Below are positions 29,651-41,355 of a stretch of DNA of 64,000 nt, piece by piece (the stretch's first letter is position 1; each line of letters begins with the position of its first letter). The notes under the pieces were generated by a model. It had not been told where the DNA came from. It saw only the letters and a list, made by a program, of their open reading frames with translations, and made no database searches. Source of the DNA: Deltaproteobacteria bacterium. Lineage in GTDB: Bacteria; Myxococcota_A; UBA9160; SMWR01. The translations under genes and the position numbers were made by a program. The stretch lies in NCBI GenBank assembly GCA_032128115.1, contig JAQBHB010000031.1, positions 99,113 through 163,112 of the forward strand, written 5' to 3'.

Positions 29651-31262
29651 CCGTGATGAGCCTGCACCGCAGCTTCGATCTGGTCCTTGACTGCCTCCAG
29701 ATTGAACGAAGCCCCCTTCTGCATGGCGGATACTCGATCGCCGTCTTCGCGAGCTTCGCGACCTCATTCTGTACGAACACGAAGCGCCAGAATTCGCGAG
29801 CGTAGAACTGCATGAACCAGTCCGGCGAGCCGGTCGCGAAGTTGGGATCCGAGTAGCGCTCGAATGGGTCGCGCCGGAGGTTGTGGATCAGCGGCATGTT
29901 CAGCTTGTTCTTGACACCCGGCCAGCCGTCGGGCTGCTCGACGAAGACATACTTCCAGTCGCCGATGCGCACCGCACCCAGGGTAGATTCGCCAAAGTAC
30001 CAGATCTCCTCGCGCTTGCTGGGTCCCTTTCCGGTAAGCATGTCCATCTGGTTGTAACCGTCGAGGTGAACCTTGTAGTTGCGGCCCTCGAGCTTCTTGC
30101 CCTTCTTGAGCTCGCCGACGATGTCCGGATTGCCAGCAGCAGCGGCGAAGGTCGGGAGCCAGTCCATCCCGGACATGATGCCGTTCTCCACCGTGCCGGC
30201 GGGGATCTTGCCGGGCCAGCGCGCCACGGCCGGCACCCGGAAGCCGCCTTCGGTGGTCATGCCCTTCGCTCCCTTGAACGGCGTATTGCCGCCATCGGGC
30301 CAGGTGAAGACCTCGGTGCCGTTGTCCGTCGTGACGACGATGATCGTGTTCTTGTCCACGCCCATGTCTTCGAGCTTCTTCATGACCGCGCCGACGATGT
30401 CGTCGAACTCGGTCATGCCCGCCTCCTGCAGGCCGTAGTTGTCCTTGCCCTCCAGGGCTTTGTACTTCGGGGAGAGGAATGTGAAGATGTGCATGCGCGT
30501 GGGATTGAGCCACACGAAGAAGGGCTTGTCGTCCTTCTTGGCCTTGTCCATGAAGTCCAGCGAGAGCTTCAGGATCTCGTTGTCCACCGTCTCCATCCGC
30601 TTCGGGGGCAGCGGACCCGCATCCTCGATCTTCTGCTTGCCGATCCTGCCCCAGCGCGGCTGGACGCTGGAATCATCCTTGTCCGTGGCCCACGAGTGAA
30701 CCATGTTGCGCGGACCGATCTGGTTCAGGAGATCCTGCGGGTAGCCGGGCCAGTACGGGTCGGACATGGCGTCCAGGTGGTACAGGTACCCGAAGAACTC
30801 ATCGAAACCATGTACGGTCGGCAGGAACTCGTTCAGGTCGCCCAGGTGGTTCTTGCCAAACTGCCCCGTGGCGTAGCCGGAGGCCTTGAGCACGGTGGCG
30901 ATGGTCACTGCATCGTTGGGCAAACCCAGCGGGGAGCCCGCCTGACCCACCGTCGTCATGCCCGTGCGCATGGGGATCTCGCCGGTGATGAAGTTGGCGC
31001 GGCCCGCCGTACAGCTTGCCTCGGCGTAGTAGTCGGTGAACATCGCTCCTTCAGCAGCGAGTCGATCGATATTGGGCGTCTTGCCAGACATCATGCCGCG
31101 GTGATACGCGCCGATGTTGAACCAGCCGATGTCGTCACCCATGATCACGACGATGTTGGGCTTGTCCGTTTGTTGGGCGTGAGCCGCGGTTCCTACCGTC
31201 GTGCTCAGTACGAGGCCCAGGGCCACTGCCAACGAAAAGCAATTGATTCGAGGAGGGTGCAT
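29644..31262 (-). CDS. Arylsulfatase (Cys-type, secreted); frameshift near 29725
   Basis: KPNIVVIMGDDIG, SCTAGR, GKNHLG, TDNG; a shifted frame restores YPPMQKGASFNLEAVKDQIEAAVQAHHGQ-stop. Confidence 0.9.
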
Positions 31263-31798
31263 TTTTTTCCTTGTTCAAGAGGCTGGAGTTCAGGGAGCCA
31301 GATTCTAGGCCCATTCGTGCCGCGCGCCACAACGAAATCATCCAGATTTCACGACTCGGATTGGGAGACTCGGATTGGGATTCAGGACCCCGGAGCAAGC
31401 CGTTTTCCAGGTATCGGTGGTCCGAAGAAATCACGCAGGTCAGGGGGTCGGACATCATTGCGCTTGCGCCAGGTGCTGTTCGGCTTTGGTAGTTCGGATG
31501 ACGTTCCCACACGGGCGAGGAGTGCGTTGCGTTGGACGTGAGAAGAATCTCGGGAGAAGCGGGCAGGGTCATGCGCGCCTCCTCGCGTGACGCGCCATCA
31601 TCTCGAGCCCCGGTTCCGGCAGAGGACCCGTTTCCGGTTCCGGCTCGATCGTGAACGCGAAGGTTGTGGCGAAGCCGCTGAAGAGGCCTGCCGGGCGGCC
31701 CCACGGGGCGTCGTCGGGCCGGCGCAGTCTCCTCCCTGCACTGAAGCGCGTTGACTGCGCCGCAGGCGGCCCTGCTGCATCCGGGAGCCGGCAGGGGC

Positions 31799-31814
31799 TG
31801 GCACGCCGCTTGCT
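31799..31814 (+). promoter_or_regulatory. Sigma-54 promoter
   Basis: TGGCACGCCGCTTGCT, exact consensus, about 30 bp before the ATG with an AGGAGG SD in between. Confidence 0.85.
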
Positions 31815-31845
31815 TTTCCAGTCGGCCAGGAGGAGCAATGACGCC

Positions 31846-32085
31846 ATGGCGATCTATGAAGACGATGTGATCGTGCGCCGCGCCCCGAGTCCGGGGCTGT
31901 CGGCGGTTCTGTCGGTCCTGATTCCCGGCCTGGGCCAGCTCTACTCGGGCCGCCTGCTCGCCGGCGCACTCTGGTTCCTGATCACGGGCTTCGCCTACTG
32001 GGCGGTGCTGGTGCCGGGCTTCCTCTGCCACGCCCTGTGCATCTGGTCGGCCTACCACAGCGCCCGGGAGTGGAACGGCTACTGA
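31846..32085 (+). CDS. Small membrane protein (TM2/DUF5683-like motif)
   Basis: 79 aa; SAVLSVLIPGLGQLYSGR plus hydrophobic helices. Confidence 0.75.
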   Translation: MAIYEDDVIVRRAPSPGLSAVLSVLIPGLGQLYSGRLLAGALWFLITGFAYWAVLVPGFLCHALCIWSAYHSAREWNGY

Positions 32086-32152
32086 ATCGCTCTCGGCGGC
32101 CTTCGTTCGGCTACCGTGGCAGGTGGCGGTGGGGGAACAAGGAGCGCCCGAC

Positions 32153-33379
32153 ATGCAGCTTCCCAAGCACGGATCGTCCCAGGAAGACGTGATCGCACGC
32201 ATGCGCGAGCGGAAGACCGCTGACGCCGACTGGCGCGGCGGCCGCACCTGGAGCCTCGTGTACCCCGCCGGCGAGGACGTGGACGAGATGCTGCGCGCCG
32301 CCAACGACCTCTATCTCTACGAGAACGCGCTCAACCCCTTCCGCTTCCCGAGCCTGCGCCAGATGGAAGACGACGTGGTCTCCATGACCACCGGAATCCT
32401 CCACGCTCCCGACGGCGCCGGTGGTGCCATGACCTCGGGCGGCACCGAGAGCATCCTGATGGGGGTCAAGAGCGCGCGCGATCGTGCGCGCCAGGAGAAG
32501 GGCATCGAACGCCCCGAGATGGTGGTTCCGTTCTCGGCCCATCCGGCCTTCGCCAAGGCCGCGGCCTACCTGGGGCTCGAACTCGTGCAGGTTCCCCTCG
32601 ACGGCGACTTCCGAGCCGACGTTGCGGCGGCGCGGGATCTCGTGAACGACCGCACGGCGCTGATCGTCGGCTCGGCGCCCAACTATCCGTTCGGCGTGGT
32701 CGACCCGATTCCCGAACTGGCCGCCCTGGCGCAGGAGCGCGGCATCTCGTTCCACACCGATTCGTGCCTTGGCGGCTTCCTGTTGCCCTTCCTGGAGAAG
32801 CTGGGGGAGCCGGTGCCGCCGTTCGACTTCCGGGTGCCCGGTGTCACCACCATGTCCGCGGACGTGCACAAGTACGGCTACTGCACCAAGGGCGCGTCGG
32901 TGATCGCGCATCGGGACAAGGCGAACCTGCACAAGTACCAGCTGTTCATCTACGACCGCTGGCCGGGGGGACTCTACGGCTCGTTCGCCATGGCGGGAGC
33001 GCGACCGGCAGCGCCCATCGCCGCCTCGTGGGGCGTGATGAACTTCCTGGGCGAAGAGGGCTACGTGCGACTCGCGGCCCAGATTCGCGACACCACACGC
33101 CAGCTGCGCGAGGGCATCGAGTCGATTCCCGAGCTCAAGATATGGGGCGACCCGGTGATGAGCGTCTTCTCGTTCGGGTCGGAGCAGATCGACGTGGCGG
33201 CCGTGGGCGACGTGATGGACGAGCGCGGCTGGCACCTGGATCGACAGACGGGGCCCGACGCACTGCACCTGATGGTCTCGCCCGCCCACGCCAAGATCGC
33301 AGACGCCTTCCTCGAGGATCTGCGCTACGCCGTGGCCCACCGCGGAGAATCCAAGGGCGTGGACGCCCGCTACAGCTGA
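32153..33379 (+). CDS. PLP-dependent group II decarboxylase, sphingosine-1-phosphate lyase-like
   Basis: MTSGGTESI, AHPAFAKA, HTDSCLGG, SADVHKYGY. Confidence 0.88.
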   Translation: MQLPKHGSSQEDVIARMRERKTADADWRGGRTWSLVYPAGEDVDEMLRAANDLYLYENALNPFRFPSLRQMEDDVVSMTTGILHAPDGAGGAMTSGGTESILMGVKSARDRARQEKGIERPEMVVPFSAHPAFAKAAAYLGLELVQVPLDGDFRADVAAARDLVNDRTALIVGSAPNYPFGVVDPIPELAALAQERGISFHTDSCLGGFLLPFLEKLGEPVPPFDFRVPGVTTMSADVHKYGYCTKGASVIAHRDKANLHKYQLFIYDRWPGGLYGSFAMAGARPAAPIAASWGVMNFLGEEGYVRLAAQIRDTTRQLREGIESIPELKIWGDPVMSVFSFGSEQIDVAAVGDVMDERGWHLDRQTGPDALHLMVSPAHAKIADAFLEDLRYAVAHRGESKGVDARYS

Positions 33380-33449
33380 CGCGCCGCAGCTCACGCGCCG
33401 CAGCTCACGAACTCGGCTTCCAGGAAGGCCTCGGCGCGTCCGGGGTACA

Positions 33450-34655
33450 ATGCCCGACGTGATGCAGGTGCCCGACCCGGCCGCGGGCGCGCTTTCGGGA
33501 GTGCGCGTCGTCGATCTCTCCCGCGTGATTGCGGGGCCCTACGCGGCGCGCATCCTGGCCGACCTCGGCGCCGACGTGATCAAGATCGAGCCGCCGGAGG
33601 GCGACCAGAGCCGGCAGATCGCTCCGAAGCACGACCGCGGCATGTCGGCGCTGTTCACGTTTGCGAACGTGGGGAAGCGCTGCATCGGCCTCGATCTAGG
33701 CAAACCCGGGGCCGCCCAGGTGGTGCTCGATCTGGTGCGCGTTTCCCACGTGGTTATCGAGAACTTCCGGCCCGGCGTGATGGAGCGGCTGGGCCTCGGC
33801 TGGGAGACGATCCGAGCCGCGAACCCCCGCATCACCGGAGTGTCGCTCAACGGCTTCGGCGCCGACTCGTCGCTTCGGGATCGGCGTGCCTATGCGCCGA
33901 TCATGCATGCTGTAACCGGCATCCTCCACGATCAGGCCACGTACGCCCGCCAGCCCGTGGCCCAGATCAACGCGGCCCACGCCGACACCACCACCGCACT
34001 TCACGCGGTGGTGGCGCTGCTGGCAGCGCTTCGGGTGGCCGAAGCCAGCGGCCGCGGCCAGTACGTGGAGGTGCCCATGTTCGACGCCGTGCTGTCGAGC
34101 TACAGCGAGTACGGCAATGCGCTGCTCGACCCACCCGACGCGCGTGCCATGAACCCGATCTACCGGGCCGGGAGCCACGGGGCCATCGCCACGGCCGGGG
34201 CCGAACAGCACGTCTGGCGGCTGCTGGCCGGACACTTTGGCATCGCAGACCCGACGCCACCCGGAGCCGACCTGCCCACCAAGGCGCGCCTGCGTCGCCA
34301 GGCCCTGGAAGACTGGATGGCGGCGCAGCACGATCTCGACGCGTTGCTCGACGCCATGGCGGCGGCCGGCGTGGCGACGGCACCGGTGGTGTCGTTGCGC
34401 GACGCACTCACAGGAAAGCTGGCCGCAGAGCGCGATCTCCTACACCGGGTGGACGATCGGCGCGGCGGCACCCGGCCGGTGGTGCGCGCTCCGGCGCGTC
34501 TATCGGAATCCGCGAACCGCGTCCGAGGGCCAGCGCCGCGCCGCGGCGAGCACAATCTCGACGTGTTGCAGGGCGTACTGGGTTACGACGCAGGCCGGAT
34601 CGGGTCGTTGACCCGCGCGGGCGTGCTGTGCCAGGGCGCGCTCGACGAGCCCTGA
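33450..34655 (+). CDS. Family III CoA transferase (CaiB/BaiF)
   Basis: GVRVVDLSRVIAGP, LADLGADVIKIEPP, ENFRPGVMERLGLG. Confidence 0.9.
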   Translation: MPDVMQVPDPAAGALSGVRVVDLSRVIAGPYAARILADLGADVIKIEPPEGDQSRQIAPKHDRGMSALFTFANVGKRCIGLDLGKPGAAQVVLDLVRVSHVVIENFRPGVMERLGLGWETIRAANPRITGVSLNGFGADSSLRDRRAYAPIMHAVTGILHDQATYARQPVAQINAAHADTTTALHAVVALLAALRVAEASGRGQYVEVPMFDAVLSSYSEYGNALLDPPDARAMNPIYRAGSHGAIATAGAEQHVWRLLAGHFGIADPTPPGADLPTKARLRRQALEDWMAAQHDLDALLDAMAAAGVATAPVVSLRDALTGKLAAERDLLHRVDDRRGGTRPVVRAPARLSESANRVRGPAPRRGEHNLDVLQGVLGYDAGRIGSLTRAGVLCQGALDEP

Positions 34656-34674
34656 GACCCGCGAGCGCCGGGGA

Positions 34675-34959
34675 TCACGGCTCGCGAACCGTGTACCCGT
34701 TCTCCTGCATGCAGTCGGCGTGGGCCTCGGAGGCGCTGGCCTTGCTGGGGGCCTGGACGGCGCGCGCGTCCTGCCAGCACAAACGGTCCTGGAGCTCGTA
34801 GTCTGCCGCCGATGTCGCCGGGTTCTCGAATCCCCCGCCGAGCCCGCCGGCCGAGGTCGCACCCTCTTCCTCGATGACTCCGGAAAACCAGCGACAGCCC
34901 AGACAGCCCAGACAGGCCGACGCCAGCAGCAACCCCGCGGCGATCGTGTGCCAGCGCAT
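34675..34959 (-). CDS. Small hypothetical lipoprotein
   Basis: LLLASACLGCLG-C signal; C-terminal C..W / CM.ENGY pair. Confidence 0.6.
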   Translation of the reverse strand: MRWHTIAAGLLLASACLGCLGCRWFSGVIEEEGATSAGGLGGGFENPATSAADYELQDRLCWQDARAVQAPSKASASEAHADCMQENGYTVREP

Positions 34960-34973
34960 CCAGTGGGCCCCGC

Positions 34974-35477
34974 TCAACTCGGGGGGAACTTCTTCAGGAT
35001 CGCCTGCACGGCCTGGGGCTCCGCCTTCTCGCCATCGCTGGGATCGAAGATCTCGGCGCTGGCCCAGCCGTGCCACACGAGCTGCTTCGATCGGGCGTCG
35101 TAGATGTTGACGACCAGGGTTCCCAGCACGTAGTGCTCGGTGTAGGAATTGCCGTACCAACCGGGGCCGTAGCCTTCGATGTCGGTCCGGGGCTCACCCG
35201 AGACCGTGAACGCCACCAGCATGTCGGCCTTGGACGCAGTCGCCTGCCGGTAGCCCTTGGACTCCAGGCTGGTCTTGATGTTCTCCTGGATCCGCCGGGC
35301 CGTGATGGCGCTGTAGCCCACCAGACCCGAGGGCTTGTTCTCCGGCGTGGGCGCCAGGGAAAAGGTCGTGTACTTCGCGAAGTCGGTCTGGGGATCGAAA
35401 TCCGTGTGCGACTGGATCGCACAGCCCGGAATCACGAGCAGGGCGAGAATCGGCAAAGCGGCGAGGGTACGGAGCAT
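34974..35477 (-). CDS. DUF4136 family lipoprotein
   Basis: IPG-C lipobox; DFAKYTTF, LESKGY, GTLVVNIYDARSKQLVWHG, ILKKFPP. Confidence 0.85.
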   Translation of the reverse strand: MLRTLAALPILALLVIPGCAIQSHTDFDPQTDFAKYTTFSLAPTPENKPSGLVGYSAITARRIQENIKTSLESKGYRQATASKADMLVAFTVSGEPRTDIEGYGPGWYGNSYTEHYVLGTLVVNIYDARSKQLVWHGWASAEIFDPSDGEKAEPQAVQAILKKFPPS

Positions 35478-35497
35478 GGTTCCTCCAGACGGCGGCG

Positions 35498-35563
35498 GAC
35501 TCCGCGAGGGCCGCATTCTCGCACGGCCCCGACTCCGCGAGGGCCGCATTCTCGCACGGCCCC
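35498..35563. repeat. Exact 33-bp tandem duplication in a divergent intergenic region
   Basis: GACTCCGCGAGGGCCGCATTCTCGCACGGCCCC x2. Confidence 0.95.
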
Positions 35564-35643
35564 GGGTGGGGCGAAAGGGTTCCGAAGAGCCTCGGCGCCC
35601 CCCGTTGCCCCCCCGTCCCAACTGTGCGAAACGGGAGGAGCGA

Positions 35644-35868
35644 ATGTCGATCTCGAAACGCCCGCGAGCCCGCATCCTCGCCTGGGGAGCCAGCCTGGTC
35701 TTCGCCACGGGCGGGTGCACGACCACCTACGGACCGGGCGACATGCCGAAGCAGGAAGAGCTCCAGGAGCCGATCTGCGACGAGATGGGGCTGGACGAGG
35801 GCTGTGGCCAGGACAACCCCATCTGCATCGACCCCAGCGACTACGACTGCACGGGACCCGCCGGGTAG
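35644..35868 (+). CDS. Small Cys/Asp-rich lipoprotein
   Basis: GGAGGAG SD; TGG-C lipobox-like; four further Cys. Confidence 0.65.
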   Translation: MSISKRPRARILAWGASLVFATGGCTTTYGPGDMPKQEELQEPICDEMGLDEGCGQDNPICIDPSDYDCTGPAG

Positions 35869-35870
35869 CC

Positions 35871-36086
35871 CTACTCTTCCCCGAAATCCTCCCGGTAGGC
35901 GGCGTCGTCTTCCCGGGCTTCCTTCTCGCGGCGCTCCTTCTCGGTCAACCGCATCTCGTCTGGGCTCGCCGGCGATGCCGACTCCACCGACGGAGTGAGG
36001 CCTCGCTCTTCACGGTCACTTCCGCAGCCAACGCAAGGGGTCGCGAGCATCGAGACCGCCAAAAGCAGGTGGGGAAACATTCGCAT
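35871..36086 (-). CDS. Small acidic lipoprotein
   Basis: AGGAGG SD; signal CVG-C; charged helical tail. Confidence 0.6.
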   Translation of the reverse strand: MRMFPHLLLAVSMLATPCVGCGSDREERGLTPSVESASPASPDEMRLTEKERREKEAREDDAAYREDFGEE

Positions 36087-36153
36087 GGGATGACCTCCTG
36101 ATCGGAGGGGCCGGCAGCCGGCCCCTCGGGATTCCGGATTCTAGGCCCAACGC

Positions 36154-36924
36154 TCAGCGCGTGGCGACTGGCACCGGCGTGGCCACGAAGCCCACAGCCG
36201 GCTCGGCGTTCTCCGACATATCGGGCAGGGCCTGCGGGCGAAGCCTGGCCTTCAGGCTCTCCAACTCCCGCCGGGCCCCTTCGTTGCGGGCCTCGTCGCG
36301 GATGGCCCGCAGCCGGGTTCGCATGCCGTCGTCGCCCAACTCGCGATCGAGCTTGCCCTCGGTAGAGATGCGCGCGATGTGCTCGCGCACTCCTTCCAGG
36401 GCCTTCATCTCTGCGTCCACGCTCAGTCCCTCCAGCGCCTCCTGGATGCGTCGGCGCGCCTGGGCATTGGCCAGGGTGGCCAGCATCCGGCCCTTCTCGT
36501 GGCTGAGTGAACGGATTTCCTCGCGGAAGCGCACCAGGTTCGACTTGGCTTCATCGGCCTCGCTGCGCACGCTTTCCAGCTCCTGCTCGGCCCGATCGAG
36601 ATCCTCCATCAGCGCCTGCTTGTGGGCGATCAGGGTGAGCGAGATGTCGTCCTCGCCCCGGCGCACCGCCCGACGGGTCTCGTCGTGCAGGCGCGCGATC
36701 TCAACGCGCCGCTCGGTGATCTCGGCCTCGAGCTTGTTCCGCATGTAGAGGATTCCGGCCACCGCCTCCTTGAGATCGCGGTACTGGCCCATGCGCTCGT
36801 TGATCGCCTGCTCGTATATGGCTCGCGGGTTCTGGCGTTCCGTATCGCGCAGCCAGATCGAGAACATTCCCTTCATCAGGTTGCGCAGCCGGCCAAACAG
36901 GCCTCGGGGTCGGTCGTGTGTCAT
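36154..36924 (-). CDS. pspA: PspA/IM30 (ESCRT-III-like) family protein
   Basis: Amphipathic GLFGRLRNLMKG, ERQNPRAIYEQAI, long coiled coil; AGGAGG SD. Confidence 0.85.
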   Translation of the reverse strand: MTHDRPRGLFGRLRNLMKGMFSIWLRDTERQNPRAIYEQAINERMGQYRDLKEAVAGILYMRNKLEAEITERRVEIARLHDETRRAVRRGEDDISLTLIAHKQALMEDLDRAEQELESVRSEADEAKSNLVRFREEIRSLSHEKGRMLATLANAQARRRIQEALEGLSVDAEMKALEGVREHIARISTEGKLDRELGDDGMRTRLRAIRDEARNEGARRELESLKARLRPQALPDMSENAEPAVGFVATPVPVATR

Positions 36925-36938
36925 GGTGTTTCCTCCTG

Positions 36939-38329
<1,391 letters not shown>

Positions 38330-38333
<4 letters not shown>

Positions 38334-39391
38334 GAGTGGGACTCCTCCGCCGGAATCGGCTTGGGCAACGTCACCACGAACTCGGTTCCGCCCTCCGGAT
38401 CCGACTCGAGCTCGATGGAACCACCATGGGCGTCCACCAGCTTGCGCGTGATCGAGAGCCCGAGGCCCGTGCCATTTGTCTTTGATGTGTACAGGGGGCT
38501 GAAGATCTTCTCGCGCGATTCGTCGTCGATGCCCGGGCCGTTGTCGCGGATCCGCACCCACACCTGGGTGGCGGCCAGGTTCTCGCCCATCTGCACGTCC
38601 ACGCGCGGGTCGGGGCAGCCGCTCTCCTCGAGCGCGTCGATGGCGTTGCCCACCAGATTGATCACCACCCGACGCAGCTGCTCGGGGTCGCCGCTGAGCG
38701 TGCCGTCGCAGTCGGCACTGTGTTCGATGCGCACCCCGGCCCTTTGTGCGCGCTCGCGGAAGGTTTCGAGCGCCGACTCGATCACCTCGGCCATGCGCAC
38801 CTCCACCACCTGCATCTCCTCATCCCGGGCGAAGCGCAGCAGGTGCGAGACCGAGCGCTCGACCCGGTCGAGCTCGTCGAGCGCCACCTTGGCGTACTCG
38901 ACGTTCTCACGGGCCGCCATGTCCTCTCCCATCTGTTGCACCAGGCTCTTGGCCGCCGTGATGGGGTTGCGGATCTCGTGGGCGATGGAGGCGGAAAGCT
39001 GCTCCATGGAGCGGGCGTGGCGCCCCTCCATATTGCGACGCTCGCGGGAGAGCGTTGCCTGCACCTGGCTCTGCACTTCCTTCTGGATGAATTTCTCGCG
39101 GAGCTTCGGTTCCAGCAGCAGCCGGTAGAAGTCGCGGAAGAGCGGGAAGCCCCAGAAGATCAGGACGATCAGGCCCACCGGAAACAAGAAGATCAGGAGC
39201 AGGATCGTGATGACCCCGAACTTGATCGTGTCTCCCGTGAGCTTCACCTTGCGCTCGGCGAGACGCCGAACCTGCTCGTACTGAAGCTGCTCGGGAGCGA
39301 GGGCTTCGTCCTCGACCCCGATCCTTTGCGACCGGTGCTTGTGTCTGCGGTGTCGGCGGCGGGACTCACCGCTTCGCGGCTCGTGACTCAT
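38330..39391 (-). CDS. Sensor histidine kinase with N-terminal two-TM hairpin
   Basis: SIAHEIRNP, NLVGNAIDA, DNGPGI, GTGLGL. Confidence 0.93.
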
Positions 39392-39460
39392 CGGGGGGCC
39401 TCCGGCCAGATTCCAATCCATCGAATCATGAATGCGACACCAGGTCATTCCCAGAACTCC

Positions 39461-40498
39461 TCAGGCCACTGCGCCGCCGCTGTCGGCGTGCTTCGGGAAG
39501 GTCAGCAGGAAGTCGGCACCCGACCCGGGCGACGAGCTCGCTTCCATGGAGCCACCGTGGGCGTCCACCACCTTCTTCGAGATGGCGAGGCCCAGGCCGG
39601 TCCCGCTCTCCTTCGAGGTGTAGAAGGGGCTGAAGATCTTCTGCAGGGTCTCCGGGTCGATGCCCGGTCCGTTGTCCCGGATCCGCAGCCACACCTCGGT
39701 TCCCGCCAGGTTCTCTCCCGACTGGATCTCGATGCACGGGCTGCGGGTGTCGGATTCTTCCAGGGCGTCGAGGGCGTTGCTGAGCAGGTTGATCAGCACC
39801 CGGCGCAGCTTCTCGGGGTCGCCGCGCATGACGCCGTCGCTGGCCACGTCGCGATCCACGGAAACGTCCAGACGCGCGATGCGATCGCGAACGGTTTCGA
39901 GCGCCGACTCCACCACATCGACCAGCTGCAGGTCGCGAACCTGGATCTCCTCGTCGCGAGCGAAGCGCAGCAGGTGCGAGATGGAACGTTCGACGCGATC
40001 GAGCTCCTCGAGGGCGACCTTGGCGTATCCGATGTTCTCCCGGGAGGCCAGGTCCTCGCCCATCTGCTGCACCAGGCTCTTGGCCGCCGTGATGGGATTC
40101 CGGATCTCATGGGCGATGGAGGCAGAAAGCTCGGCCAGGGACGCCACGTGCTTGTCTTCGAGGCTGCGCCGCTCGAGCGGTACGTCGCGTTCGATCTGGT
40201 GTGTGACTTCGCTCGCGATGAAGCGGCGTCGCAGGTTCGGCGCCACCAGCGCGGCGAAATAGTGGATGACGATGCCAATGCCCCACGAGAGCGCCGTGAT
40301 GAAGGCCGGCCGGAAGCCGGCCACGAACAGCAGGAAGATGCAGACCGCCGCGTAGCAGAGGAAATGCCACACGAACGAGAGCTTCAGGTTGGCCCGGCGG
40401 CGGGCCTCGCGATAGGCCTTCTGTTCGGGGGTGAGGCTCCGGCGCCGGCGCCGGCGAACCGGAGCCCGCTCGTCCCCGTCGTCCAGACCTCGGTTCAT
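39461..40498 (-). CDS. Sensor histidine kinase with 2TM-like domain (paralog of the adjacent kinase)
   Basis: AYREARRR..FVWHFLCYAAV..SWGIGIVIHY; SIAHEIRNP, NALDA, DNGPGI, GTGLGL. Confidence 0.93.
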   Translation of the reverse strand: MNRGLDDGDERAPVRRRRRRSLTPEQKAYREARRRANLKLSFVWHFLCYAAVCIFLLFVAGFRPAFITALSWGIGIVIHYFAALVAPNLRRRFIASEVTHQIERDVPLERRSLEDKHVASLAELSASIAHEIRNPITAAKSLVQQMGEDLASRENIGYAKVALEELDRVERSISHLLRFARDEEIQVRDLQLVDVVESALETVRDRIARLDVSVDRDVASDGVMRGDPEKLRRVLINLLSNALDALEESDTRSPCIEIQSGENLAGTEVWLRIRDNGPGIDPETLQKIFSPFYTSKESGTGLGLAISKKVVDAHGGSMEASSSPGSGADFLLTFPKHADSGGAVA

Positions 40499-40585
40499 CG
40501 CATCGCTCCCCACTGGCCTCGCACGAGCCCCGCGATTATGGGTGGCGCGGGTCTGGATTCCTACAACGGTCATGGTCCTGCCTAG

Positions 40586-40601
40586 AGCAAGAGCCGTGCC
40601 C
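40586..40601 (-). promoter_or_regulatory. Sigma-54 promoter of the kinase-kinase-regulator-pspA operon
   Basis: Minus strand GGGCACGGCTCTTGCT, GG-N10-GC. Confidence 0.8.
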
Positions 40602-40655
40602 AGAGCGGGAAGTCAGGAATTCCAGGGACTTACAGAATCGGGCCGGGCTGGCCCC

Positions 40656-40691
40656 GCAGCCTCCAGGCTGCAGATGCAGTTCATCCACTGC
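40656..40691. promoter_or_regulatory. Tandem GCAG-N8-CTGC inverted repeats, putative enhancer (UAS)
   Basis: Sites at 40656-40671 and 40676-40691, 20 bp apart, 55-90 bp upstream of -24. Confidence 0.6.
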
Positions 40692-41355
40692 ATCCGGCGG
40701 CGTCATCCGGCGCGGCCCCACACACGGCCAGGGCCTCCGCCAGCGAGGCCTCGGCGCCCGGTAGATCGGCCACCAGTCCGGCCAGCCAGGGCGGGCGCTC
40801 GCGGGCGCACACCAGCAGGGGGCGCTCGAGGCCCGAGGCGCATACCGCCAGGTCCCGGAAATGCAGGGCGTAATCGGGGGGCCGCACGTCGCTCGAGAGT
40901 TCGAGCAGCGCGTAGGGATCGGGGGCGACGGGCGTGCCTTCGACACGCTGTGGTCGCCTGGGGGGAGCGGGCTCTTCGCCCCCGCCGGCGAGCCCGGGAC
41001 CGTCACACAAGATCGCGCCGCGCACCTGGCCGGGTCGCGCCCCCGCCAGGAGTAGCGCCACGTAAGCGCCGATCCCGTAGCCCAGAACGCTCGCGCGGCC
41101 CAGGTGGGAGAGCGCAACATCGGCGTCCGCCATCAGGATCTCGGCGGTGTAGCCGCCACCCATGGGAACCGTGGAATCCCCGTGGCCGGTGAAGTCGAGC
41201 GCGTGGATCGGGCCCGGCCACGCCTCGAGGTCGGGGGCGACGGTCCGCGGCGATCGCGCGCCCAGACCGTGCAGGACCAGCAGCGCTCGCCCCGTGCCCC
41301 CGCGCAGAGGATGCAGCGCGAGCTTCACGTTGGCGTGGGTAAGCAGCTGCGTCAC
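40681..41355 (-). CDS. Alpha/beta hydrolase fold protein lacking the nucleophile Ser
   Basis: LHGLG, LDFTGHGDS, elbow GYGIG. Confidence 0.8.
   Translation of the reverse strand: MTQLLTHANVKLALHPLRGGTGRALLVLHGLGARSPRTVAPDLEAWPGPIHALDFTGHGDSTVPMGGGYTAEILMADADVALSHLGRASVLGYGIGAYVALLLAGARPGQVRGAILCDGPGLAGGGEEPAPPRRPQRVEGTPVAPDPYALLELSSDVRPPDYALHFRDLAVCASGLERPLLVCARERPPWLAGLVADLPGAEASLAEALAVCGAAPDDAAGCSG

Noticed and set aside
31569..31730. Minus-strand frame ending LPEPGLEMMARHARRRA, resembling a PEP-CTERM remnant
   Set aside because: No hydrophobic helix or credible start, and it overlaps regulatory DNA; may be chance
28967..35563. Direct repeats of 18-33 bp as possible CRISPR arrays or target-site duplications
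   Set aside because: Copies are adjacent with no spacers, and no cas or transposase genes are present
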